A program made the position numbers and the translations under genes. Under the pieces are notes generated by a model. It saw only the letters and a program-made list of their open reading frames with translations, had not been told where the DNA came from and did not search any database. From contig NC_086379.1 in NCBI RefSeq assembly GCF_036588685.1, positions 52,452,001-52,516,000 of the forward strand: 64,000 nt of DNA. Direction: 5' to 3'. Position 1 is the stretch's first letter. Every line of letters begins with the position of its first letter. Positions 14,301-27,210 of this stretch are shown here, one piece after another. Origin of the DNA: Mytilus trossulus. Its lineage: Eukaryota.

Positions 14301-15976
14301 GAATGTTCAGTATGAACAAACACATCACCATCACCAAAACACAATTTTGTCATGAATCCATCTGCTTCCTCTGTTTAATATTCACATAGACCAAGGTGAG
14401 CGACACAGGCTCTTTAGAGCCTCTAGTTTCATTTTGCTTAATTTGCTATTTATTAATTCTTATTTACTGTTTGCTGATTTCAGTGTATCACGGCATGGTT
14501 ACGGAACAGCAAGACTTGTCCAGAGGACAGGTAAGTCAGTTTATTCAGCAGCCATATTAGTACTGTAAAATGGCTTCCTGTAGATTTCTAACTTTTGGTT
14601 TTGTTTTTTTAAATAAATTAAGAAATTGCTATTTTTTTTACATTATGATCATTGATCGATTGTTGTTTACTGTTCGTTGAATGGCAAATATTGCATGGAT
14701 GTCTCTTTCGGATTCGGTATGCACCTGAAATTACAAAATAATTGTCATTACAACTTATTGTGTTTTTTTCTGTTTTAGAAAGAGCTTACAGTTACACCAA
14801 ATGCACCATGACTTTATTGTTGAAAATATTATAGGCGATCAAATGGTGAGTTAATGTCGTATAATTTTTTTTTGTCTGCTTGTTTTATGCACTGTTGATT
14901 AAAATGTTTATATATGGATAAATGTTATATGGATAAATAACAGCAAATGTTGAAAAAAAAAACATTGAGGCAGGACCAACCTACGTCATAGATTTAGACA
15001 CCTAGAGGACATCACATGGAGTCTGAAACCACGGTCAATTTCCTTACTATTAAGTAGTTTCAAATATATAACAAGATATTTGATATGATTATCAATTTGA
15101 CAAGAGACAACTTTCTTTCAGACCAATAAGACACGAGTTTTGTCTTGTGATGTGATAAAGTCACCGATATGAACTCAAATCAACAACCCAAAATAAATAG
15201 AAAACCATAAACTAGATTGTTGCTATGTTTATAAGGAGGTATAAGGGAGTTCCATTGAACACTTATTCATGATGATATTTGGTACATCTGAAAACGCTAG
15301 CTACTTTCTTATTTCAGGTTGCATGTCCATTTAGAAAATCAGGCTGTGATTTCATTGGGCAGTTGCAAATGTTAAAATCTCACAAGAAATCCTGTGAATT
15401 TAATCCAATTAACCTACCTGAATTTCTGAAAATGAAAGAAAAAGAAAATACTCCAGGTGAGTCTTATATTTTCAACTGAAAGTACTTATTAATATTTTCT
15501 TGTAAGTGGCAATGTTATGACAGTGATTTTAAAAATATCAGATATTATACCTCCAATTTTTTCACTGAAGTTAAAGTCCACTGGTTAACTTACATGGGGC
15601 AAACTTTTACACCTATCCATAAGCAATGTTGATTTCTTGAATTATTAAAATAAGGAACACTTCAAAATGAATTGTACAAGAAATTAGTCTTGTATGTGTT
15701 TTGTGAAATTAATATCTGTTATCAACAGATTTTATGATTGGTTTCTATAGACATTCACCTATAACAATTATAGGTGTAAAGGATATATTATAACAATTAA
15801 GATTTAGAAAATTAATTGCTATGTATCTTTTTTCAGATTCACATGTTACAGATGACGAAGTCCTGTCATCTCCAGCAAAGCCGTCCTTAATGATGAGACT
15901 GTTTCGTTCTGGTGACAGTCAGAAATCTTTGTTGAAAACTATGTTTGAAGACAAAGAAAATACGCCTTCAACTTGA
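11352..15976 (+). CDS. RING (C3HC3D) plus TRAF-type zinc-finger protein, RNF151/TRAF-N-terminus-like putative E3 ligase, 184 aa (complete copy)
   Basis: Coding exons 11352-11404, 12853-12961, 14484-14530, 14779-14845, 15318-15456, 15837-15976. All introns GT-AG with consistent phases, 555 nt total. Protein MTKRRAKEQKVPEEPEERYFLNPESVSSHLFCSICQDVFNQPYRAPCGHSFCKACITAWLRNSKTCPEDRKSL...VACPFRKSGCDFIGQLQMLKSHKKSCEFNP...DKENTPST*. ATTAAA at ~16016. Confidence 0.9.
12429..12674. mobile_element. MITE with ~40-bp TIRs and a central poly-G tract (intron 1 of RING gene)
   Basis: TAAGGGACGACATCAAAAGATCGATGTAGGATAAAAAA matches the reverse complement of the right end, TAAGGGACAACATCAAAAGTTCAATGAAGGATAAAAAA. 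TA at both ends; G26 run at 12587-12612. Only its right half recurs at 23798 and 35032. Confidence 0.8.
13162..14428 (+). mobile_element. Non-autonomous Helentron/DINE-1-like element (HINE) with internal ~501-bp tandem repeat; repeated at +11235 and +22469
   Basis: T-rich start, (GTC)n microsatellite, core repeated at 13231 and 13732, subterminal GGTGAGCGA, 3' hairpin AGGCTCT-TT-AGAGCCT, then CTAGTTT. Confidence 0.75.
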
Positions 15977-16897
15977 TATAAATCTTCGTATTTTGCTATT
16001 TATTTTCTCATGTTTATTAAATAATATACTTATTTGCAATTTATTTTCTTATAGCCCTTTATTTAACCCAATAATTTTGTCATCATGAAAGTATCAGAAT
16101 GCGAAACATAAAGATCTGTGTTTTTTCTTGTTGTTGACGATTTTACGGTTGACTATAATTGCTTACAGATCTACTTCATTTGAATTTAGGGCCGTGGATA
16201 GTTGTCTTTTTTGCAATCATACCACATCTCCTTATTTTGATATAGGTCGGAATTTCTTCTTGTGAACTTTTAGGACGCCAACAAAACCTTGTCGTCTTGT
16301 GCACAGAATGGTTCATTTTTTTTTGTACAATAATCAGGCCGTATGTTTCCTCGTTGGATTCTTTTTTATCTATCATTTTGGATCTTTTTAAAGCTCGATA
16401 TGAGCTATTGATTTTGCTCATTGTTGAAGGTCGTATGGTGACACAGAGTTGCTAATTTTTACGTATTTTTTTCTTTCTCTGGGGGATATTTGTGTAATTG
16501 GCAATCATATCATATCTTCTTACTTTTATATTCATACCCATGTCAGATAGACGTTATCTTCCTGATTTCTTACATCCACCAACCATGGTATCAAAAGTCT
16601 GGCGTACTCAATTATAATCCTGGTACCTTTGATAACTAATTAGCTGATACGGTGATTTGATGAACAAAACCAAATTGAATGGTTTCTGATTTTTCTTTAA
16701 AGAATATTATACTTTATAGAGCAAACTATTTATAGGAAGATGCACAATGAACTCACACTTTGATTTAAATTAAAAAAAATCTAACAAGCAAACAAAAATG
16801 GATAACAGAATGGACGATTTAGTACCCTGAAATATCTATAAAAACATATATACATTTATCTGAGAGCATTACACGTGCAATAAAACTCTGAAGCTCT

Positions 16898-17171
16898 GGA
16901 TTTGATTTTTGATTTTTTTCATGTTTTAACGGATATTTTAGGCAATGCATTTGGGCTGTTTCGTGGCGGCCAGTTTTTATTGTTGGAGGAAGCCCGAGTG
17001 TCCGTAGAAAACCACCGACTTTCGGTAGGAAAACTAACCATCCTAGTCAATTAAGATTTGGAGTCAAGTGTACCCACCGCACCCGCACGAGGGGGGTTCG
17101 AACTCACAACCTCTGCTGACTGGCTTGTGATTCCAGAAGTAACGTCCTAAACCACTCGGCCACCGAGGCCC
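16898..17171 (-). mobile_element. tRNA-derived SINE (also at +11234 and +22468; decayed relative at ~59755-60022)
   Basis: Minus strand starts GGGCCTCGGTGGCCGAGTGG (A box), contains GAGTTCGAACC (B box) and ends in an AAATC-like tail. Confidence 0.75.
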
Positions 17172-18144
17172 TCTAAAGCTATGGATCCCGCTAGTGTCTC
17201 TATATAAATAAAGTTACAAATCTCATTCGTTTAAAATAATAAAAATCACAAAAACACAGAACTCAGAAAGAACTTTGTAACGGAGTCTCTAATCGAATTA
17301 CAAAATCAAAATCAAAATCTCAAATACATCAAACGAATGGACAACAACTGTCATATTCCTGACTTTGTACAGGCATCGTCTTATGCAGAAAATGGTAGAT
17401 TAATAAAAATGGAAAATGGAAATTAATGGGTAATGTGTCATAGAGACAAACAACCCGACCAAAGAGCAGAACATTGCCGTGGTCCAACAATGGGTTTTCA
17501 ACACATCAAGAAAATCCCACACCAAAAGGCACGTCCCAGCCGCCTCAAGTCTGGTTTTATAGCTAGCTGAACCTCTCTCATGCTTAGACATGCTCTATGG
17601 CTCACAAATTATTGATTATTATTTTTTGTAAAAAAGATAACAGCGATTCGACAGGTGATTAAAACATATATTACAACTCCAAAGCCGTTCATCCCATAAT
17701 GATATAAAGAAGGTTTGTGGTAAAATATAGTCTATATATGATCGCACACTTACAGGCAATCTAAAAAAAACCATGAAAGCATGCAGTTGAAAGTTTCACA
17801 TCTGCGTTTAAGAAAATAGTGTGATTTGGTTGTATCAAGAAAGTATATAACAAAAAGTTGGGACACAAACAACTCCTCCAAATTATTTTTGCTACCTGTC
17901 TGTACGAGATCACCCATCATACAATAATATTGTTGATTCGCACGGGGATAACAATATCATTTAAAGATCTAACATTTTATGTCATGTCACAGAAAACTTT
18001 CGAGGTCTTACACCTTATAATTTTATCATATTCTAATGCCTTATTTGATGAAAATACCACGATCCGTAATACAGATAAGGTGTAACTGATAAGACAGAAC
18101 AGTATTGTAGTAGCCCAATTATTCAGTATTGTTGATACCCCAAG

Positions 18145-21100
18145 ATGATTGTACTCATAGTAACTCTAGCTCTAGTAGTAGGAACTCAAGCACAAATATG
18201 CTGTGTTCCTGCACAGTGGGAAGGAACGGAGGGAACGATTATTGCAGTTTCTCAAAATGATACAGCAGATCCGATGATAGTTACGGTAGGTCAAGTCAAA
18301 TAAGGATGAAGAAATAGAACGCCGAGGTCGTATTTATTGACCCCAAAAAATTCTTTCTCAGAACATCTTGAAGAATATCAGAACCTAATATAGAAATAAA
18401 TTTTTTAACTGTATTGGCAATTTGCTGGACTGGAATATCGATTTAAGAATCTCTACCGCCAGATATATTTCAGACAATACACGTATCATATTAAGGATGT
18501 CTTTAATTTTTCTAAGACCTCAGGATTTCCTAAATTATCTGAATCTAGGTAGGAGACATGAACATCGGTGTATTATGTACATGCTTGTTTATCATGTATC
18601 TTACAATGTAACATTCGCTTGAACCATTGAAGAGGTCTTGAACATCAATATTTTATTTCCAAACTCCTAGTAGATAGATATCTTAATTTCAACTTCACAT
18701 TGTCAATAAATATAATGCGACTTCTTAAAAGCGAACTGTGGAGGTTCTTTAAGAAACTTAAATAAAAGATTTTTGTCTATTTTTGGAGGTTATATAATAT
18801 TGACGATTTCAGATATAACTATGAACTCATTTAATTGTTTTGTTTTTATTTGCAGGGTGCTATAAGTGTTGCGTATGATGCCACCAACAAACGTATCGCT
18901 GCAATGTTGTACATGAGTACAGGAGGATATAACGGAAATGTTGGTGTCATTTTGAATTATGCACAGGCAAGTACATATTTGAGTTTGTTCAGCATTTCAT
19001 GTGTATTTTAGTCTAGACGTTGTATAATGAACTGTCGATGTGACCTCATATTGAACCGACAGTCATAAAACCAAACATAGATAGAACTAGAAAGCGACTA
19101 CGTGCAATTGGATATTTCTAGGTCTGTTTAATTTTTGTTCAGCCTGCAACTTTGGTAGCAAAAGCCAGACATAGCGATCCTACAATTCCCTCGTCAGCGG
19201 TGGCGGCGTCCACTAATCTTCACTCTGTGATTTCCGTTTTTGAAATTTTAAATACTACCTTTAACTGTCCGGGATTTCTAATAAACTTGGACAGAACTAT
19301 GCTTATCAATTGTATACCTTTTAAAATACGATACTTATAGACTGTAACCGTGAAGATTTAAATTTGAAATGTGATTGTCTATCAAATGATAAAATCTCTC
19401 TTCGTTATTTCAGGGCATTCAATACACAGTTAGTGGCAATAACTGCACTAGAACACCTCTTGGAGCATTTGTTCCTAACTGTATTCCAAGTAAGTAACCT
19501 CTTTATTAGTTTACTAAACTCGACAATTTTTTAAGCCAATATGTGTTTTTCTCTAGTATTTTCGGTATTCAATCTCTCTGTAGGTGTTAAACGATTGGAA
19601 TTATTATCCAATGTCTCCTTTCATTCATAAAGATATATAATAAAAGAACATATTTCTTTAAAAAAAAATTACTTCTCTTGGGTTTTTGTTTTAGCTGGGT
19701 GGCGGGTCCATTGTCCTATACTACAAACTGTCCTGATTGTTGTATTGGATGAACTATTCACACACTTGGTGATTAGTCAAACCAAATATAAAGCAATCTT
19801 CTTAGGATGCTAATGTGGGACTGGTGGTTGCTTTCTAAATGCCCAGTGGCAAATATTTCAAACAAGTTTGTAAGGACAACAATTTACATTTGATGTACAT
19901 GTATTAAGTATGTGCAAGAGCTACAGTTTTTCAATTAATGGGTGTTATCTAAATTATAAAGCTATTTATCATTTAATGTAGGCTGCATATGTATGAACAC
20001 ATTTTAATTCAAACTTAAAATTAAAATCATGTATGTAAAACACATATTATATCTCCCTTCTACGTTTTAACCTTTAGGTGATGCTAAATTGCAGAGATCA
20101 AGCTATATGGGACCTCCCAGTAACAAGATGATGATAAATTCATACACCTACATGAGAGGACCATTAGAAGTTGGTGTAACAGTAACAGCTAATACATGTG
20201 TACCAGTGGGAGAGTTGATCAATGGTCAAACTCCAAATGGTACATTTTTTTTTAATTTATTGTGTGTATGTTATCTTATCTGAAATTATTATCATAGAAG
20301 AAAAACAATAATCATTGTTAAAATATAAGATGTGATGTCCTCAGTGAATCAGCTGCCCACTTAAGACCACGTGAACAGGTAGGGGTTCATCTAAATCCCC
20401 CATATTGGAAAATAAGCAAACATAAGCATTTTTACATAACTTTTTAAATGATTGAAAACAAAACTAAAATTCAAGATAGATTTGAATGAGCATAGAACAA
20501 TAAACAAAACACTTTTTATTTTAACTCGATTCACAAATAAATACTTCTCTGTTGTTCTTAAAGACTCCTGTAAATTGATTCCAAGTGTGCATAACTTCTT
20601 TTTTATTCCGAATTGCTGCAAATAAAAAGAATCTTCCTTCCTGGCAACAATTATTACCATAACATACTGCATAATCTTATTGTTTCATTTTTAGAATTTG
20701 TTATACAGAGTGTTGGTTTCAGTAACATTACTCCAGGAATAAGCAAGGCTGATTCATTTACTCCACCCAGCAGCTGTTTAAACAGTCCTTTGGTCCAAGC
20801 TGTAAGTAGCTAGTATCACAACATTCATTTTGTAACCTAGGCCAATGAGGGCAGGAAACAGGGGCATTAAAAGCTTTGCATGCATGAGAGAAAGTAAGGC
20901 AGATACCTAAGAATTCTTTGAGGGCCATTGTTTGCCTTATATAATAAAAGCGTTAAAGATTATCAATCAAAGAGGATAAATTTACACTTCTACCCAATAT
21001 ATCATAAATAAAAGTGGAAAGATTATTTTTGGAAAACTTGAACAAAAGAAATTGATCCAGTCAGTCAGTGTTAGTCAACATTACAGAGTACAGACATACA

Positions 21101-21389
21101 TGTATTTGAAATTCTTGTCTTGCTGAATTCTTCTATTAGAAAAGTTAACAGTAAAAGGTATGGTTTACTTTTTAAATTGTTACTTGGATGGAGAGTTGTC
21201 TCATTGGCACTCACACCACATCTTCCTATATCTATTCAGAATTTAAATTTAATTTCACAACTGTATCTATAATTCAGCAGTTTCTGTTTGAGATTGATTA
21301 CAATTGCAATAAATTTCTTTTCTTGTTTTCAGAACTTGATTCCAATGCAAGGCAGACTTTTGAGAAGATACTTAGATTTATTGCCATAG
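18145..21389 (+). CDS. EPDR: Ependymin-related protein (secreted/lysosomal), 217 aa, copy 1
   Basis: Exons 18145-18285, 18856-18966, 19414-19489, 20078-20239, 20695-20801, 21333-21389 (654 nt, phases consistent, intron 2 GC-AG). Signal peptide MIVLIVTLALVVGTQA followed by ependymin-family motifs CCVPAQWEG, YDATNKRI, NC.R..L, CIP, CVPV, FSNITPGI and FTPPSSC. AATAAA at 21422. Confidence 0.9.
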
Positions 21390-21542
21390 GCAAATTTCAT
21401 ATGATGCCCATTGTGCACTTCAATAAACAGGATAAAATACTTGTCATGCATCTTTGAACATATTGTAATTTTTCAAAATAAACTTATTTTTTGTGTGAAT
21501 TTTGAAAGATTCCCATTTATTTGGTAGCTCTAAAACAGGAAT

Positions 21543-21862
21543 TACAAGAATGTGTCCTTAGTACACGGATGCATATCACTTTCTATGTTCAATGGACTGT
21601 AATATTCTGGTAAAAACTAAAATTTGCATTAGATTAGAAGGATCATAATATTCTGGTAAAAACTAAAATTTGCATTAGATTAGAAAGATCATATCATAGT
21701 GAACATGCATTTCAGGTTGATTGGACCAAAACCTCAGCAAAACTTTCTTGACCAAAAACTTTAACCTGAAGCATGAAAGAAAAACAAAGAGATGGACCAA
21801 CAGAATAACAAACAGACACACAGACCGAAAAAAACATAATGCCCTTTAGTAGGGCATAAAAA
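21543..21862 (-). mobile_element. Short HINE-like element (same family as 46137-46435), repeated in each unit
   Basis: ACAAGAATGTGTCC..GTACACGGATGC at one end and the hairpin ATGCCCT..AGGGCAT followed by AAAAA at the other. Contains a (CAGA)n-like tract and a short internal direct duplication. Confidence 0.6.
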
Positions 21863-24087
21863 TCCTGAACATAGAAAGGAAACGCATCTGCATCTTTATC
21901 ACTGTAGATATATTGGGGACAATGCTATGCAACTTTGCATATAAAATAGGGAAGATATGGTATTATTGCCAATGAGACAACTATCCACAAAAGACCAAAT
22001 GACATATAAATTAATAAATATAGGTAATTGTAGGGCCTTCATCACAACAATGAGCAAAACCTGTACTGCATAGTAAGCTATACATGGCCTCCAAATGACC
22101 AATGTAAAACTATTCAAAAAGTAAAACTAACAGCCTATTCAGTAACAAACAATCACTGAATTACAGGCTCCTTACATAGGAAAGGTGCATACAGAGCGTG
22201 GCGGGGTTAAAACTATTTTGAAGGTGTCAACCTTCCCTCTAATCTTGGTTGGAAAAGCTTAATTTTTCACATATGAGAAAATTAACAACAGGAAGTCCTT
22301 TTTATCATTTAATGATGACAACACTATTTAATCTAATGTTTGTACACAATTTTAACAGTGCAACATTTTGATTCTATAACAAATAAAGCACATTAAGCAA
22401 AAAGCATATTTTTGATTTCAAGTAAACATTCTTGGCAGTAATAATACTTTACATGTAAAGTTTTAACTAATCTCATTTTCAATTTACCAGCAAACTACAT
22501 TATGATAAGAGAAACATTATAATGAATAAGTCAATGCCTGCATAATAGTTACGAAATTAATAATGACATTTGTAAAAGAAAAAAAAATCATTCATTCACC
22601 CTTGATTTTATAACAATAACACATATTCAGCAAAATTAAAGTATATTTTTGACAATAAATTATAATCTAAACCCTAGTATGACCTATTAAATAAATTTAG
22701 ATTTTTCAAATAACTTTAGTCTAGTTTTGACATGAAAATATCAGCCATGCAAACTTTTAGCCTTAACAGTTTGCTAAAAGCTGAAAATTAAAACAGAATA
22801 TATGAATTATTGACAGATCTGTAAAAGTGAACACATTCCTGTTGGCCCCATATCAAAAACTAACAAATGAAAAATAACTCGTTTTTATTCTTCAAAATTA
22901 TCCACAAATAAGTGATCTCCTGAAATTAATTATGTTTTGCAATACATATAAAGACAAAATAAAAAGCTACTATGCATTAAAACATGGATGATATATGCAA
23001 AAACAGAATAATAATAAATGAATAAAAAATAAACACAACCTAATTGAGCTGCCTTTTGAATCTTTCAAAATAAATGTACTGGAACTGTACTACAGCCATT
23101 TGACCTGCTATACAAATGTTTAATTGCACTGTAAAAAAACCCAAATAAACAGAGTATCTGAGATTCTCCTAAAATAATATTGTAATGCAAGTTATCATTT
23201 AAATATTACAACTTATAAACCACCAATAAAATCAATTATCTATTGCTTATCTTACAAAATCATATTTATATTATGATATTTACAAATCTTATGATTAATC
23301 ATTTCCCTAAATTAAGAGATTCCATATTTCTAGAATATTGATAAAATTTCTATGACACCTTTGGCTCGACTAAATTAACCAGGGAAGACACAATCAAGAA
23401 TACATTTTGTCATTTTATTTCAAGAAATGCAGCATTTGAATGGTTATTGAAGAAAAAAAGAAAGAAAAAATTAAATTAAATTTCCAATATCTCTGGAATA
23501 AATCTTTGGATACTGTTTTTTATTCTATTTTTTTCTGATTTGAGTGTAAAAATACAGCAAAGCTGTACTGTGGAAAGTATCACAGTGATAACATTTTGAA
23601 GTTAACAGAAAAAGTTCACCTGTTGATTACAAAGCAAACTGAACTAATAATAACGATAACATACATCTAAAACAAGATTGTGTCCCAAGTACACGGATGC
23701 CTCACTTGCACTATCATTTTTTATGTTCAGTGGACTGTGAAATTGGGGTAAAAACTCTAATTGTGCATTAATTTTGATGCAAAATTAGAAAGATCATATT
23801 TTTCACAAATTAAGTTAAGAGGGGGGGGGGGGGGGGGGGGGGGGGGGTCAGTGAAAAAACTGTGAATTAAGTTTTTTATCCTTCATTGAACTTTTGATGT
23901 TGTCCCTTAGTGATTTCAGTGCTTTCTTTGGATAGTTAAATTAAAAACCAATAAGGTCAAGTGGACACATTCTAATCGTGTATTGCAATTATAATTATTC
24001 ACATGTGCAACTATATAGACCAACTATATACAACAACAAGTTAAAAACAATTTTTATTTATAAGAGCACCCTTTTACTTTTTTATAG

Positions 24088-27000
24088 ATACTTCCTGAAT
24101 CCAGAGTCAGTCAGTTCTCACTTATTTTGTTCTATATGTCAGGATGTTTTCAACCAGCCATACAGAGCTCCATGTGGTCATAGTTTCTGCAAAGCAGTAA
24201 GTGATGGAAAGATACATTCAATAGTTAAAATAATACTCTGAATGTCCAATGGTTTCAGACCGGTCTATATCGTTCGCCTGGTTGCATGAGTTTACCAAAA
24301 GCAACTATTTAGTAGTACTTTTAGATTGATGAGGTTGAGCAGTCCTCTAACGGGTCACCCTGGGGCAATATTTTTCTTTTATATTTGTATTCTCCTTTTT
24401 TAGTGAGCTTTTCTCATCACTTGGCGTCCGTCGTTTGTCGTCGTCCGTCGTCGTCCTGCGTTAACTTTTACAAAAATCTTCTCCTCTGAAACTACTTGGC
24501 CAAATTTCACCAAACTTGGCCACAATCATCATTGGGGTATCTAGTTTGAAATGAGTCCGGTGACCTGGTCAACCAACCAAGATGGCTGCCATGGCTAAAA
24601 ATAGAACATAGGGATAAAACTGCCGATTTTTGCATACAACTCAAAAACCAAAGCATTTAGAGCAAATCTGACAGGAGGTAAAATTGTTTCTCAGGTCAAG
24701 ATCTATTTGCCCTGAAATTTTTAGATGAATCCGACAACCTTTTGTTTGGTTGCTGCCCCTGAATAAGTAATTTAAGGAAATTTTGCCGTTTTTGGTTATA
24801 TCTTGAATAATATTATTATAGATAAAGATAAACTGTAAGCAGCAATAATGTTAAGCAAAGTAAGATTTACAAATAAGTCAATATGATCGAAATGGTCAGG
24901 TGACCCCCTAAGGAGTTATTGCCTTTTATAGTCAATTTTTAACCATTTTTGTAAATCTTAGTTATCTTTTACAAAAATCTTCTCCTCTGCAAATACTGGG
25001 CCAAATTAATTTAAACTTGGCCACAATCATCTTTGGGTTATCTAGTTTAAAAAATGTGTCCGATGACCCGGCCATCCAACCAAGCTGGCCACCACAGCTA
25101 AAAATAGAACATATGGGTAAAATGCAGTTTTTTGCTAATAACTCAAAAATCAAAGCATTTAGAGCAAATCGGATGGAGGTTTAACTCTTTATCAGGTCAA
25201 GATCTATCTGCCCTGAAATTTTCAGATGAATCGGACAACCTTTTGTTGGGTTGCTGCCCCTGAATTTGGTAATTTAAAGGAAATATTGCCGTTTTTGGTA
25301 TTATCTTGAATATTATTATAGATAAAGATAAACTGTAAACAGCAAAAATGTTCAGCAAAGTAAGATTTACAAATAAGCCAAATTGACCGAAATGGTCAAT
25401 TGACCCCCTAGGGAGTTATTGCCCCTTATAGTCAATTTTTAACAATTTACATAAAATTTGTTAATTTTTACTAACATTTTCAACTGAAACAACTGGGCCA
25501 AGTTCATTATAGGTAGAGATAATTGTAAGCAGCAAGAATGTTCAGTATGAACAAACACATCACCATCACCAAAACACAATTTTGTCATGAATCCATCTGC
25601 TTCCTCTGTTTAATATTCACATAGACCAAGGTGAGCGACACAGGCTCTTTAGAGCCTCTAGTTTCATTTTGCTTAATTTGCTATTTATTAATTCTTATTT
25701 ACTGTTTGCTGATTTCAGTGTATCACGGCATGGTTACGGAACAGCAAGACTTGTCCAGAGGACAGGTAAGTCAGTTTATTCAGCAGCCATATTAGTACTG
25801 TAAAATGGCTTCCTGTAGATTTCTAACTTTTGGTTTTGTTTTTTTAAATAAATTAAGAAATTGCTATTTTTTTTACATTATGATCATTGATCGATTGTTG
25901 TTTACTGTTCGTTGAATGGCAAATATTGCATGGATGTCTCTTTCGGATTCGGTATGCACCTGAAATTACAAAATAATTGTCATTACAACTTATTGTGTTT
26001 TTTTCTGTTTTAGAAAGAGCTTACAGTTACACCAAATGCACCATGACTTTATTGTTGAAAATATTATAGGCGATCAAATGGTGAGTTAATGTCGTATAAT
26101 TTTTTTTTGTCTGCTTGTTTTATGCACTGTTGATTAAAATGTTTATATATGGATAAATGTTATATGGATAAATAACAGCAAATGTTGAAAAAAAAACATT
26201 GAGGCAGGACCAACCTACGTCATAGATTTAGACACCTAGAGGACATCACATGGAGTCTGAAACCACGGTCAATTTCCTTACTATTAAGTAGTTTCAAATA
26301 TATAACAAGATATTTGATATGATTATCAATTTGACAAGAGACAACTTTCTTTCAGACCAATAAGACACGAGTTTTGTCTTGTGATGTGATAAAGTCACCG
26401 ATATGAACTCAAATCAACAACCCAAAATAAATAGAAAACCATAAACTAGATTGTTGCTATGTTTATAAGGAGGTATAAGGGAGTTCCATTGAACACTTAT
26501 TCATGATGATATTTGGTACATCTGAAAACGCTAGCTACTTTCTTATTTCAGGTTGCATGTCCATTTAGAAAATCAGGCTGTGATTTCATTGGGCAGTTGC
26601 AAATGTTAAAATCTCACAAGAAATCCTGTGAATTTAATCCAATTAACCTACCTGAATTTCTGAAAATGAAAGAAAAAGAAAATACTCCAGGTGAGTCTTA
26701 TATTTTCAACTGAAAGTACTTATTAATATTTTCTTGTAAGTGGCAATGTTATGACAGTGATTTTAAAAATATCAGATATTATACCTCCAATTTTTTCACT
26801 GAAGTTAAAGTCCACTGGTTAACTTACATGGGGCAAACTTTTACACCTATCCATAAGCAATGTTGATTTCTTGAATTATTAAAATAAGGAACACTTCAAA
26901 ATGAATTGTACAAGAAATTAGTCTTGTATGTGTTTTGTGAAATTAATATCTGTTATCAACAGATTTTATGATTGGTTTCTATAGACATTCACCTATAACA

Positions 27001-27210
27001 ATTATAGGTGTAAAGGATATATTATAACAATTAAGATTTAGAAAATTAATTGCTATGTATCTTTTTTCAGATTCACATGTTACAGATGACGAAGTCCTGT
27101 CATCTCCAGCAAAGCCGTCCTTAATGATGAGACTGTTTCGTTCTGGTGACAGTCAGAAATCTTTGTTGAAAACTATGTTTGAAGACAAAGAAAATACGCC
27201 TTCAACTTGA
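24088..27210 (+). pseudogene. 5'-truncated duplicate of RING gene (exons 2-6, no exon 1, ATG or promoter), copy 2
   Basis: Exons 24088-24196, 25719-25765, 26014-26080, 26552-26690, 27071-27210 look identical to copy 1. The array breakpoint lies in intron 1. Confidence 0.85.

Noticed and set aside
17060-17171. tRNA gene
   Set aside because: A and B boxes are present, but I could not fold a cloverleaf and it continues into a SINE body and tail.
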